From Eledone cirrhosa (taxonomy: Eukaryota), in NCBI GenBank assembly GCA_964016885.1, contig OZ024745.1, positions 3,968,001 through 4,032,000 on the forward strand: a DNA stretch of 64,000 nt, in the 5' to 3' direction. Below the pieces are notes generated by a model, which worked only from the letters and a program-made list of their open reading frames with translations, was not told the DNA's origin and searched no databases. This document shows positions 1-15,000 of the stretch, piece after piece; the stretch's first letter is position 1; each line of letters begins with the position of its first letter. A program made the translations under genes and the position numbers.

Positions 1-3000
1 TAGATACTAGCTTGTGTTATTAGATTGGGATGTCAAGGATGGATTGGCAATGTCTAGATACTAGCTTGTGTTATTAGATTGGGATGTCAAGTATGGATTG
101 GCTGTGTCAAGATACTAGCTGGTGTTATTAGATTGGGATGTCAAGGATGGATTGGCAGTGTCTAGATACTAGCTGGTGTTATTAGATTGGGATGTCAAGG
201 ATGGATTGGCAGTGTCTAGATACTAGCTGGTGTTATTAGATTGGGATGTCAAGGATGGATTGGCAGTGTCTAGATACTAGCTGGTGTTATTAGATTGGGA
301 TGTCAAGGATTGATTGGCAATGTCTAGATACTAGCTGGTGTTATTAGATTGGGATGTCAAGGATTGATTGGCAATGTCTAGATACTAGCTGGTGTTATTA
401 GATTGGGATGTCAAGGATGGATTGACAATGTCTAGATACTAGCTGGTGTTATTAGATTGGGATGTCAAGGATGGATTGGCAGTGTCTAGATACTAGCTTG
501 TGTTATTAGATTGGGATGTCAAGGATGGATTGGCAATGTCTAGATACTAGCTGGTGTTATTAGATTGGGATGTCAAGGATGGATTGGCAATGTCTAGATA
601 CTAGCTTGTGTTATTAGATTAGGATCAAGGATGGATTGGCAGTGTCAAGATACTAGCTGGTGTTATTAGATTGGGATGTCAAGGATGGATTGGCAATGTC
701 TAGATACTAGCTGGTGTTATTAGATTGGGATGTCAAGGATGGATTGGCAATGTCTAGATACTAGCTTGTGTTATTAGATTAGGATCAAGGATGGATTGGC
801 AGTGTCTAGATACTAGCTTGTGTTATTAGATTGGGATGTCAGGGATGGATTGGAAATGTCTAGATACTAGCTGGTGTTATTAGATTGGGATGTCAAGGAT
901 GGATTGGCAGTGTCTAGATACTAGCTTGTGTTATTAGATTGGGATGTCAAGGATGGATTGGCAATGTCTAGATACTAGCTTGTGTTATTAGATTGGGATG
1001 TCAAGGATGGATTGGCAGTGTCTAGATACTAGCTCATGTTATTAGATTGGGATGTCAAGGATGGATTGGCAGTGTCTAGATACTAGCTGGTGTTATTAGA
1101 TTGGGATGTCAAGGATGGATTGGCAGTGTCTAGATACTAGCTCATGTTATTAGATTGGGATGTCAACGATGGATTGGCAATGTCTAGATACTAGCTGGTG
1201 TTATTAGAGTGGGATGTCAAGGATGGATTGGCAGTGTCTAGATACTAGCTGGTGTTATTAGATTGGGATGTCAAGGATGGATTGGCAGTATCTAGATACG
1301 AGCTGGTGTTATTAGATTGGGATGTCAAGGATGGATTGGCAATGTCTAGATACTAGCTGGTGTTATTAGATTGGGATGTCAAGGATGGATTGGCAGTGTC
1401 AAGATACTAGCTGGTGTTATTAGATTGGGATGTCAAGGATGGATTGGCAGTGTCTAGATACTAGCTTGTGTTATTAGATTGGGATGTTAAGGATGGATTG
1501 GCAGTGTCAAGATACTAGCTTGTGTTATTAGATTGGGATGTCAAGGATGGATTGGCAGTGTCTAGATACTAGCTGGTGTTATTAGATTGGGATGTCAAGG
1601 ATGGATTGGCAGTGTCAAGATACTAGCTGGTGTTATTAGATTGGGATGTCAAGGATGGATTGGCAGTGTCAAGATACTAGCTGGTGTTATTAGATTGGGA
1701 TGTCAAGGATGGATTGGCAGTGTCTAGATACTAGCTGGTGTTATTAGATTGGGATGTCAAGGATGGATTGGCAGTGTCAAGATACTAGCTGGTGTTATTA
1801 GATTGGGATGTCAAGGATGGATTGGCAGTGTCAAGATACTAGCTGGTGTTATTAGATTGGGATGTCAAGGATGGATTGGCAGTGTCTAGATACTAGCTGG
1901 TGTTATTAGATTGGGATGTCAAGGATGGATTGGCAGTGTCTAGATACTAGCTGGTGTTATTAGATTGGGATGTCAAGGATGGATTGGCAGTGTCAAGATA
2001 CTAGCTGGTGTTATTAGATTGGGATGTCAAGGATGGATTGGCAGTGTCTAGATACTAGCTGGTGTTATTAGATTGGGATGTCAAGGTTGGATTGGCAGTA
2101 TTAAGATACTAGCTGGTGTTATTAGATTGGGATCAAGGATGGATTGGCAGTGTCTAGATACTAGCTGGTGTTATTAGATTGGGATGTCAAGGATGGATTG
2201 GCAGTGTCAAGATACTAGCTGGTGTTATTAGATTGGGATGTCAAGGATGGATTGGCAGTGTCTAGATAATAGCTTGTGTTATTAGATTGGGATGTCAAGG
2301 ATGGATTGGCAATGTCTAGATACTAGCTGGTGTTATTAGATTGGGATCAAGGATGGATTGGCAGTGTCTAGATACTAGCTGGTGTTATTAGATTGGGATG
2401 TCAAGGATGGATTGGCAGTGTCTAGATACTAGCTGGTGTTATTATATTGGGATGTCAAGGATGGATTGGCAGTGTCTAGATACTAGCTTGTGTTATTAGA
2501 TTAGGATCAAGGATGGATTGGCAGTGTCAAGATACTAGCTGGTGTTATTAGATTGGGATCAAGGATGGATTGGCAGTGTCTAGATACTAGCTGGTGTTAT
2601 TAGATTGGGATGTCAAGGATGGATTGGCAGTATCTAGATACGAGCTGGTGTTATTAGATTGGGATGTCAAGGATGGATTGGCAGTGTCTAGATACTAGCT
2701 TGTGTTATTAGATTGGGATGTTAAGGATGGATTGGCAGTGTCAAGATACTAGCTTGTGTTATTAGATTGGGATGTCAAGGATGGATTGGCAGTGTCTAGA
2801 TACTAGCTGGTGTTATTATATTGGGATGTCAAGGATGGATTGGCAGTGTCTAGATACTAGCTGGTGTTTATTAGATTGGGATGTCAAGGATGGATTGGCA
2901 GTGTCTAGATACTAGCTGGTGTTATTAGATTGGGATGTCAAGGATGGATTGGCAGTGTCAAGATACTAGCTGGTGTTATTAGATTGGGATGTCAAGGATG

Positions 3001-6000
3001 GATTGGCAGTGTCTAGATACTAGCTTGTGTTATTAGATTGGGATGTTAAGGATGGATTGGCAGTGTCAAGATACTAGCTGGTGTTATTAGATTGGGATGT
3101 CAAGGATGGATTGGCAGAGTCTAGATACTAGCTGGTGTTATTAGATTGGGATGTCAAGGATGGATTGGCAATGTCTAGATACTAGCTGGTGTTATTAGAT
3201 TGGGATGTCAAGGATGGATTGGCAATGTCTAGATACTAGCTGGTGTTATTAGATTGGGATGTCAAGGATGGATTGGCAGTGTCTAGATACTAGCTTGTGT
3301 TATTAGATTGGGATGTCAAGGATGGATTGGCAATGTCTAGATACTAGCTGGTGTTTATTAGATTGGGATGTCAAGGATGGATTGGCAATGTCTAGATACT
3401 AGCTTGTGTTATTAGATTGGGATCAAGGATGGATTGGCAGTGTCTAGATACTAGCTGGTGTTATTAGATTGGGATCAAGGATGGATTGGCAGTGTCTAGA
3501 TACTAGCTGGTGTTATTAGATTGGGATCAACGATGGATCGGCAGTGTCTAGATACTAGCTGGTGTTATTAGATTGGGATCAAGGATGGATTGGCAGTGTC
3601 TAGATACTAGCTGGTGTTATTAGATTGGGATCAAGGATGGATTGGCAGTGTCTAGATACTAGCTTGTGTTATTAGATTGGGATCAAGGATGGATTGGCAG
3701 TGTCTAGATACTAGCTGGTGTTATTAGATTGGGATGTCAAGGATGGATTGGCAGTGTCAAGATACTAGCTGGTGTTATTAGATTGGGATGTCAAGGATGG
3801 ATTGGCAGTGTCTAGATACTAGCTTGTGTTATTAGATTGGGATGTTAAGGATGGATTGGCAGTGTCAAGATACTAGCTTGTGTTATTAGATTGGGATGTC
3901 AAGGATGGATTGGCAGAGTCTAGATACTAGCTGGTGTTATTAGATTGGGATGTCAAGGATGGATTGGCAATGTCTAGATACTAGCTGGTGTTATTAGATT
4001 GGGATGTCAAGGATGGATTGGCAATGTCTAGATACTAGCTGGTGTTATTAGATTGGGATGTCAAGGATGGATTGGCAATGTCTAGATACTAGCTGGTATT
4101 ATTAGATTGGGATGTCAAGGATGGATTGGCAGTGTCTAGATACTAGCTTGTGTTATTAGATTGGGATGTCAAGGATGGATTGGCAATGTCTAGATACTAG
4201 CTGGTGTTTATTAGATTGGGATGTCAAGGATGGATTGGCAATGTCTAGATACTAGCTTGTGTTATTAGATTGGGATCAAGGATGGATTGGCAGTGTCTAG
4301 ATACTAGCTGGTGTTATTAGATTGGGATCAAGGATGGATTGGCAGTGTCTAGATACTAGCTGGTGTTATTAGATTGGGATCAACGATGGATCGGCAGTGT
4401 CTAGATACTAGCTGGTGTTATTAGATTGGGATCAAGGATGGATTGGCAGTGTCTAGATACTAGCTGGTGTTATTAGATTGGGATCAAGGATGGATTGGCA
4501 GTGTCTAGATACTAGCTTGTGTTATTAGATTGGGATCAAGGATGGATTGGCAGTGTCTAGATACTAGCTGGTGTTATTAGATTGGGATCAAGGATGGATT
4601 GGCAGTGTCTAGATACTAGCTGGTGTTATTAGATTGGGATCAAGGATGGATTGGCAGTGTCTAGATACTAGCTTGTGTTATTAGATTGGGATCAAGGATG
4701 GATTGGCAGTGTCTAGATACTAGCTGGTGTTATTAGATTGGGATCAAGGATGGATTGGCAGTGTCTAGATACTGGCTGGTGTTATTAGATTGGGATCAAG
4801 GATGGATTGGCAGTGTCTAGATACTAGCTGGTGTTATTAGATTGGGATGTCAAGGATTGATTGGCAATGTCTAGATACTAGCTGGTGTTATTAGATTGGG
4901 ATGTCAAGGATGGATTGGCAATGTCTAGATACTAGCTGGTGTTATTCGATTGGGATGTCAAGGATTGATTGGCAATGTCTAGATACTAGCTGGTGTTATT
5001 AGATTCGGATGTCAAGGATGGATTGGCAATGTCTAGATACTAGTTTGTGTTATTTGATTAGGATCAAGGATGGATTGGCAGTGTCTAGATACTAGCTCGT
5101 GTTATTAGATTGGGATGTCAAGGATGGATTGGCAATGTCTAGATACTAGCTGGTGTTATTAGATTGAGATGTCAAGGATGGATTGGCAATGTCTAGATAC
5201 TAGCTGGTGTTATTATATTGGGATGTCAAGGATGGATTGGCAGTGTCTAGATACTAGCTTGTGTTATTAGATTGGGATGTCAAGGATGGATTGGCAGTGT
5301 CTAGATACTAGCTTGTGTTATTAGATTGGGATGTCAAGGATGGATTGGCAATGTTTAGATACTAGCTGGTGTTATTAGATTGGGATGTCAAGGATGGATT
5401 GGCAGTGTCTAGATACTAGCTTGTGTTATTAGATTGGGATGTCAAGAATGGATTGGCAATGTCTAGATACTAGCTTGTGTTATTAGATTGGGATGTCAAG
5501 GATGGATTGGCAGTGTCTAGATACTAGCTCATGTTATTAGATTGGGATGTCAAGGATGGATTGGCAGTGTCTAGATACTAGCAGGTGTTATTAGATTGGG
5601 ATGTCAAGGATGGATTGGTAGTGTCTAGATACTAGCTGGTGTTATTAGATTGGGATGTCAAGGATGGATTGGCAGTGTCTACATACTAGCTGGTGTTATT
5701 AGATTGGGATGTCAAGGATGGATTGGCAGTGTCTACATACTAGCTGGTGTTATTAGATTGGGATGTCAAGGATGGATTGGCAGTGTCAAGATACTAGCTT
5801 GTGTTATTAGATTGGGATGTCAAGGATGGATTGGCAATGTCTAGATACTAGCTGGTGTTATTAGATTGGGATGTCAAGGATGGATTGGCAGTGTCTACAT
5901 ACTAGCTGGTGTTATTAGATTGGGATGTCAAGGATGGATTGGCAGTATCTAGATACGAGCTGGTGTTATAAGATTGGGATGTCAAGGATGGATTGGCAGT

Positions 6001-9000
6001 GTCAAGATACTAGCTTGTGTTATTAGATTGGGATGTCAAGGATGGATTGGCAGTGTCTAGATACTAGCTTGTGTTATTAGATTGGGATGTCAAGGATGGA
6101 TTGGCAGTGTCAAGATACTAGCTTGTGTTATTAGGTTGGGATGTCAAGGATGGATTGGCAGTGTCTAGATAATAGCTTGTGTTATTAGATTGGGATGTCA
6201 AGGATGGATTGGCAATGTCTAGATACTAGCTTGTATTATTAGATTGGGATGTCAAGGATGGATTGGCTGTGTCTAGATTCTAGCTTGTGTTATTAGATTG
6301 GGATGTCAAGGATGGATTGGCAATGTCTAGATACTAGATGGTGTTATTAGATTGGGATGTCAAGGATGGATTGGCAATGTCTATATACTAGCTTGTGTTA
6401 TTAGATTGGGATGTCAAGGATGGATTGGCAGTGTCTAGATACTAGCTGGTGTTATTAGATTGGGATGTAAAGGATGGATTGGCAGTGTCAAGATACTAGC
6501 TGGTGTTATTAGATTGGGATGTCAAGGATGGATTGGCAGTGTCAAGATACTAGCTGGTGTTATTAGATTGGGATGTCAAGGATGGATTGGCAGTGTCAAG
6601 ATACTAGCTGGTGTTATTAGATTGGGATGTCAAGGATGGATTGGCAGTGTCTAGATACTAGCTGGTGTTATTAGATTGGGATGTCAAGGATGGATTGGCA
6701 GTGTCTAGATACTAGCTGGTGTTATTAGATTGGGATGTAAAGGATGGATTGGCAGTGTCAAGATACTAGCTGGTGTTATTAGATTGGGATGTCAAGGATG
6801 GATTGGCAGTGTCAAGATACTAGCTGGTGTTATTAGATTGGGATGTCAAGGATGGATTGGCAGTGTCTAGATACTAGCTGGTGTTATTAGATTGGGATGT
6901 CAAGGATGGATTGGCAGTGTCAAGATACTAGCTGGTGTTATTAGATTGGGATGTCAAGGATGGATTGGCAGTGTCAAGATACTAGCTGGTGTTATTAGAT
7001 TGGGATCAAGGATGGATTGGCAGTGTCTAGATACTAGCTGGTGTTATTAGATTGGGATCAAGGATGGATTGGCAGTGTCTAGATACTGGCTGGTGTTATT
7101 AGATTGGGATCAAGGATGGATTGGCAGTGTCTAGATACTAGCTGGTGTTATTAGATTGGGATGTCAAGGATTGATTGGCAATGTCTAGATACTAGCTGGT
7201 GTTATTAGATTGGGATGTCAAGGATGGATTGGCAATGTCTAGATACTAGCTGGTGTTATTCGATTGGGATGTCAAGGATTGATTGGCAATGTCTAGATAC
7301 TAGCTGGTGTTATTAGATTCGGATGTCAAGGATGGATTGGCAATGTCTAGATACTAGTTTGTGTTATTTGATTAGGATCAAGGATGGATTGGCAGTGTCT
7401 AGATACTAGCTCGTGTTATTAGATTGGGATGTCAAGGATGGATTGGCAATGTCTAGATACTAGCTGGTGTTATTAGATTGAGATGTCAAGGATGGATTGG
7501 CAATGTCTAGATACTAGCTGGTGTTATTATATTGGGATGTCAAGGATGGATTGGCAGTGTCTAGATACTAGCTTGTGTTATTAGATTGGGATGTCAAGGA
7601 TGGATTGGCAGTGTCTAGATACTAGCTTGTGTTATTAGATTGGGATGTCAAGGATGGATTGGCAATGTTTAGATACTAGCTGGTGTTATTAGATTGGGAT
7701 GTCAAGGATGGATTGGCAGTGTCTAGATACTAGCTTGTGTTATTAGATTGGGATGTCAAGAATGGATTGGCAATGTCTAGATACTAGCTTGTGTTATTAG
7801 ATTGGGATGTCAAGGATGGATTGGCAGTGTCTAGATACTAGCTCATGTTATTAGATTGGGATGTCAAGGATGGATTGGCAGTGTCTAGATACTAGCTTGT
7901 GTTATTAGATTGGGATGTCAAGGATGGATTGGCAGTGTCTAGATACTAGCTCATGTTATTAGATTGGGATGTCAAGGATGGATTGGCAATGTCTAGATAC
8001 TAGCTGGTGTTATTAGATTGGGATGTCAAGGATGGATTGGCAGTGTCTACATACTAGCTGGTGTTATTAGATTGGGATGTCAAGGATGGATTGGCAGTAT
8101 CTAGATACGAGCTGGTGTTATAAGATTGGGATGTCAAGGATGGATTGGCAGTGTCAAGATACTAGCTGGTGTTATTAGATTGGGATGTCAAGGATGGATT
8201 GGCAGTGTCTAGATACTAGCTTGTGTTATTAGATTGGGATGTCAAGGATGGATTGGCAGTGTCAAGATACTAGCTTGTGTTATTAGGTTGGGATGTCAAG
8301 GATGGATTGGCAGTGTCTAGATAATAGCTTGTGTTATTAGATTGGGATGTCAAGGATGGATTGGCAATGTCTAGATACTAGCTTGTATTATTAGATTGGG
8401 ATGTCAAGGATGGATTGGCTGTGTCTAGATTCTAGCTTGTGTTATTAGATTGGGATGTCAAGGATGGATTGGCAATGTCTAGATACTAGATGGTGTTATT
8501 AGATTGGGATGTCAAGGATGGATTGGCAATGTCTATATACTAGCTTGTGTTATTAGATTGGGATGTCAAGGATGGATTGGCAGTGTCTAGATACTAGCTG
8601 GTGTTATTAGATTGGGATGTAAAGGATGGATTGGCAGTGTCAAGATACTAGCTGGTGTTATTAGATTGGGATGTCAAGGATGGATTGGCAGTGTCAAGAT
8701 ACTAGCTGGTGTTATTAGATTGGGATGTCAAGGATGGATTGGCAGTGTCAAGATACTAGCTGGTGTTATTAGATTGGGATGTCAAGGATGGATTGGCAGT
8801 GTCTAGATACTAGCTGGTGTTATTAGATTGGGATGTCAAGGATGGATTGGCAGTGTCTAGATACTAGCTGGTGTTATTAGATTGGGATGTAAAGGATGGA
8901 TTGGCAGTGTCAAGATACTAGCTGGTGTTATTAGATTGGGATGTCAAGGATGGATTGGCAGTGTCAAGATACTAGCTGGTGTTATTAGATTGGGATGTCA

Positions 9001-12000
9001 AGGATGGATTGGCAGTGTCTAGATACTAGCTGGTGTTATTAGATTGGGATGTCAAGGATGGATTGGCAGTGTCAAGATACTAGCTGGTGTTATTAGATTG
9101 GGATGTCAAGGATGGATTGGCAGTGTCAAGATACTAGCTGGTGTTATTAGATTGGGATGTCAAGGATGGATTGGCAGTGTCTAGATACTAGCTGGTGTTA
9201 TTAGATTGGGATGTAAAGGATGGATTGGCAGTGTCAAGATACTAGCTGGTGTTATTAGATTGGGATGTCAAGGATGGATTGGCAGTGTCAAGATACTAGC
9301 TGGTGTTATTAGATTGGGATGTCAAGGATGGATTGGCAGTGTCAAGATACTAGCTGGTGTTATTAGATTGGGATGTCAAGGATGGATTGGCAGTGTCTAG
9401 ATACTAGCTGGTGTTATTAGATTGGGATGTCAAGGATGGATTGGCAGTGTCAAGATACTAGCTGGTGTTATTAGATTGGGATGTCAAGGATGGATTGGCA
9501 GAGTCTAGATACTAGCTGGTGTTATTAGATTGGGATGTCAAGGATGGATTGGCAATGTCTAGATACTAGCTGGTGTTATTAGATTGGGATGTCAAGGATG
9601 GATTGGCAGAGTCTAGATACTAGCTGGTGTTATTAGATTGGGATGTCAAGGATGGATTGGCAATGTCTAGATACTAGCTGGTGTTATTAGATTGGGATGT
9701 CAAGGATGGATTGGCAGTGTCAAGATACTAGCTGGTGTTATTAGATTGGGATGTCAAGGATGGATTGGCAGTGTCTAGATACTAGCTGGTGTTATTAGAT
9801 TGGGATGTCAAGGATGGATTGGCAGTGTCAAGATACTAGCTGGTGTTATTAGATTGGGATGTCAAGGATGGATTGGCAATGTCTAGATACTAGCTGGTGT
9901 TATTAGATTGGGATGTCAAGGATGGATTGGCAGTGTCAAGATACTAGCTGGTGTTTTTAGATTGGGATGTCAAGGATGGATTGGCAGTGTCTAGATACTA
10001 GCTGGTGTTATTAGATTGGGATGTCAAGGATGGATTGGCAGAGTCTAGATACTAGCTGGTGTTATTAGATTGGGATGTCAAGGATGGATTGGCAATGTCT
10101 AGATACTAGCTGGTGTTATTAGATTGGGATGTCAAGGATGGATTGGCAATGTCTAGATACTAGCTGGTGTTATTAGATTGGGATGTCAAGGATGGATTGG
10201 CAGTGTCTAGATAATAGCTGGTGTTATTAGATTGGGATGTCAAGGATGGATTGGCAGTGTCTAGATACTAGCTGGTGTTATTAGATTGGGATGTCAAGGA
10301 TGGATTGGCAGTGTCTAGATACTAGCTGGTGTTATTAGATTGGGATGTCAAGGATGGATTGGCAGTATCTAGATACTAGCTGCTGTTATTAGATTGGGAT
10401 GTCAAGGATGGATTGGCAGTGTCTAGATACTAGCTTGTGTTATTAGATTGGGATGTCAAGGATGGATTGGCAGTGTCTAGATAATAGCTGGTGTTATTAG
10501 ATTGGGATGTCAAGGATGGATTGGCAGTGTCTAGATACTAGCTGGTGTTATTAGATTGGGATGTCAAGGATGGATTGGCAGTGTCTAGATACTAGCTGGT
10601 GTTATTAGATTGGGATGTCAAGGATGGATTGGCAGTGTCTAGATACTAGCTGGTGTTATTAGATTGGGATGTCAAGGATGGATTGGCAGTATCTAGATAC
10701 TAGCTGCTGTTATTAGATTGGGATGTCAAGGATGGATTGGCAGTGTCTAGATACTAGCTTGTGTTATTAGATTGGGATGTCAAGGATGGATTGGCAGTGT
10801 CTAGATACTAGCTTGTGTTATTAGATTGGGATGTCAAGGATGGATTGGCAGTGTCAAGATACTAGCTGGTGTAATTAAATTGGGATGTCAAGGATGGATT
10901 GGCAGTGTCAAGATACTAGCTGGTGTTATTAGATTGGGATGTCAAGGATGGATTGGTAGTGTCTAGATACTAGCTGGTGTTATTAGATTGGGATGTCAAG
11001 GATGGATTGGCAGTGTCAAGATACTAGCTGGTGTTATTAGATTGGGATGTCAAGGATGGATTGGTAGTGTCAAGATACTAGCTGGTGTTATTAGATTGGG
11101 ATGTCAAGGATGGATTGGCAGTGTCTAGATACTAGCTTGTGTTATTAGATTGGGATGTCAAGGGTGGATTGGCAATGTCTAGATACTAGCTTGTGTTATT
11201 AGATTGGGATGTCAAGGATGGATTGGCAGTGTCTAGATACTAGCTCATGTTATTAGATTGGGATGTCAAGGTTGGATTGGCAGTGTCTAGATACTAGCTG
11301 GTGTTATTAGATTGGGATGTCAAGGATGGATTGGCAGTGTCTAGATACTAGCTCATGTTATTAGATTGGGATGTCAAGGATGGATTGGCAATGTCTAGAT
11401 ACTAGCTGGTGTTATTAGATTGGGATGTCAAGGATGGATTGGCAGTGTCTAGATACTAGCTGGTGTTATTAGATTCGGATGTCAATGATGGATTGGCAGT
11501 GTCAAGATACTACCTGGTGTTATTAGATTGGGATGTCAAGGATGGATTGGCAGTGTCTAGATACTACCTGGTGTTATTAGATTGGGATGTCAATGATGGA
11601 TTGGCAGTGTCTAGATACTAGCTGGTGTTATTACATTGGGATGTCAAGGATGGATTGGCAGCGTCTAGATACTAGCTTGTGTTATTAGATTGGGATGTCA
11701 AGGATGGATTGGCAGTGTCTAGATAATAGCTTGTGTTATTAGATTGGGATGTCAAGGATGGATTGGCAATGTCTAGATACTAGCTGGTGTTATTAGATTG
11801 GGATGTCAAGGATGGATTGGCAATGTCTAGATACTAGCTTGTGTTATTAGATTAGGATCAAGGATGGATTGGCAGTGTCTAGATACTAGCTGGTGTTATT
11901 AGATTGGGATGGCAAGGTTGGATTGGCAATGTCTAGATACTAGCTTGTGTTATTAGATTAGGATCAAGGATGGATCGGCAGTGTCTAGATACTAGCTGGT

Positions 12001-15000
12001 GTTATTAGATTAGGATCAAGGATGGATTGGCAGTGTCTAGATACTAGCTGGTGTTATTAGATTGGGATGGCAAGGTTGGATTGGCAATGTCTAGATACTA
12101 GCTGGTGTTATTAGATTGGGATGTCAAGGATGGATTGGCAGCGTCTAGATACTAGCTTGTGTTATTAGATTGGGATGTCAAGGATGGATTGGCAGTGTCT
12201 AGATAATAGCTTGTGTTATTAGATTAGGATCAAGGATGGATTGGCAGTGTCTAGATACTAGCTGGTGTTATTAGATTGGGATGGCAAGGTTGGATTGGCA
12301 ATGTCTAGATACTAGCTTGTGTTATTAGATTAGGATCAAGGATGGATCGGCAGTGTCTAGATACTAGCTGGTGTTATTAGATTGGGATGGCAAGGATGGA
12401 TTGGCAGTGTCTAGATACTAGCTGGTGTTATTACATTGGGATGTCAAGGATGGATTGGCAGTGTCTAGATACTAGCTGGTGTTATTACATTGGGATGTCA
12501 AGGATGGATTGGCAGTGTCTAGATACTAGCTGGTGTTATTAGATTGGGATCAAGGATGGATTGGCAGTGTCTAGATACTAGCTGGTGTTATTAGATTGGG
12601 ATGTCAAGGTTGGATTGGCAGTGTCTAGATACTAGCTGGTGTTATTAGATTGGGATGTCAAGGATGGATTGGCAGCATCTAGATACTAGCTTGTGTTATT
12701 AGATTGGGATCAAGGATGGATTGGCAGTGTCTAGATACTAGCTGGTGTTATTAGATTGGGATCAAGGATGGATTGGCAGTGTCTAGATACTAGCTGGTGT
12801 TATTAGATTGGGATGTCAAGGATGGATTGGCAGCGTCTAGATACTAGCTTGTGTTATTAGATTGGGATCAAGGATGGATTGGCAGTGTCTAGATACTAGC
12901 TGGTGTTATTAGATTGGGATCAAGGATGGATTGGCAGTGTCTAGATACTAGCTGGTGTTATTAGATTGGGATGTCAAGGTTGGATTGGCAGTGTCTAGAT
13001 ACTAGCTGGTGTTATTAGATTGGGATGTCAAGGATGGATTGGCAGCGTCTAGATACTAGCTTGTGTTATTAGATTGGGATCAAGGATGGATTGGCAGTGT
13101 CTAGATACTAGCTGGTGTTATTAGATTGGGATGTCAAGGTTGGATTGGCAGTGTCTAGATACTAGCTGGTGTTATTAGATTGGGATGTCAAGGATGGATT
13201 GGCAGCGTCTAGATACTAGCTTGTGTTATTAGATTGGGATCAAGGATGGATTGGCAGTGTCTAGATACTAGCTGGTGTTATTAGATTGGGATGTCAAGGA
13301 TGGATTGGCAGTGTCTAGATACTAGCTGGTGTTATTAGATTGGGATGTCAAGGATGGATTGGCAGCGTCTAGATACTAGCTTGTGTTATTAGATTGGGAT
13401 CAAGGATGGATTGGCAGTGTCTAGATACTAGCTGGTGTTATTAGATTGGGATGTCAAGGTTGGATTGGCAGTGTCTAGATACTAGCTGGTGTTATTAGAT
13501 TGGGATGTCAAGGATGGATTGGCAGTGTCTAGATACTAGCTGGTGTTATTAGATTGGGATGTCAAGGATGGATTGGCAGTGTCTAGATACTAGCTGGTGT
13601 TATTAGATTGGGATCATGGATGGATTGGCAGTGTCTAGATACTAGCTGGTGTTATTAGATTGGGATCAAGGATGGATTGGCAATGTCTAGATACTAGCTG
13701 GTGTTATTAGATTGGGATGTCAAGGATGGATTGGCAGTGTCTAGATACTAGCTGCTGTTATTAGATTGGGATGTCAAGGATGGATTGGCAGTGTCTAGAT
13801 ACTAGCTGGTGTTATTAGATTGGGATGTCAAGGATGGATTGGCAGTGTCAAGATACTAGCTGGTGTTATTAGATTGGGATGTCAAGGATGGATTGGCAGT
13901 GTCTAGATACTAGCTGCTGTTATTAGATTGGGATGTCAAGGATGGATTGGCAGTGTCTAGATACTAGCTGGTGTTATTAGATTGGGATGTCAAGGATGGA
14001 TTGGCAGTGTCAAGATACTAGCTGGTGTTATTAGATTGGGATGTCAAGGATGGATTGGCAGTGTCAAGATACTAGCTGGTGTTATTAGATTGGGATGTCA
14101 AGGATGGATTGGCAGTGTCTAGATACTAGCTGCTGTTATTAGATTGGGATGTCAAGGATGGATTGGCAGTGTCTAGATACTAGCTGGTGTTATTAGATTG
14201 GGATGTCAAGGATGGATTGGCAGTATCTAGATACTAGCTGGTGTTATTAGATTGGGATGTCAAGGATGGATTGGCAGTGTCTAGATACTAGCTTGTGTTA
14301 TTAGATTGGGATCAAGGATGGATTGGCAGTGTCTAGATACTAGCTGGTGTTATTAGATTGGGATCAAGGATGGATTGGCAGTGTCTAGATACTAGCTGGT
14401 GTTATTAGATTGGGATGTCAAGGATGGATTGGCAGCGTCTAGATACTAGCTTGTGTTATTAGATTGGGATCAAGGATGGATTGGCAGTGTCTAGATACTA
14501 GCTGGTGTTATTAGATTGGGATGTCAAGGATGGATTGGCAGCGTCTAGATACTAGCTTGTGTTATTAGATTGGGATCAAGGATGGATTGGCAGTGTCTAG
14601 ATACTAGCTGGTGTTATTAGATTGGGATCAAGGATGGATTGGCAGTGTCTAGATACTAGCTGGTGTTATTAGATTGGGATGTCAAGGTTGGATTGGCAGT
14701 GTCTAGATACTAGCTGGTGTTATTAGATTGGGATGTCAAGGATGGATTGGCAGCGTCTAGATACTAGCTTGTGTTATTAGATTGGGATCAAGGATGGATT
14801 GGCAGTGTCTAGATACTAGCTGGTGTTATTAGATTGGGATGTCAAGGTTGGATTGGCAGTGTCTAGATACTAGCTGGTGTTATTAGATTGGGATGTCAAG
14901 GATGGATTGGCAGCGTCTAGATACTAGCTTGTGTTATTAGATTGGGATCAAGGATGGATTGGCAGTGTCTAGATACTAGCTGGTGTTATTAGATTGGGAT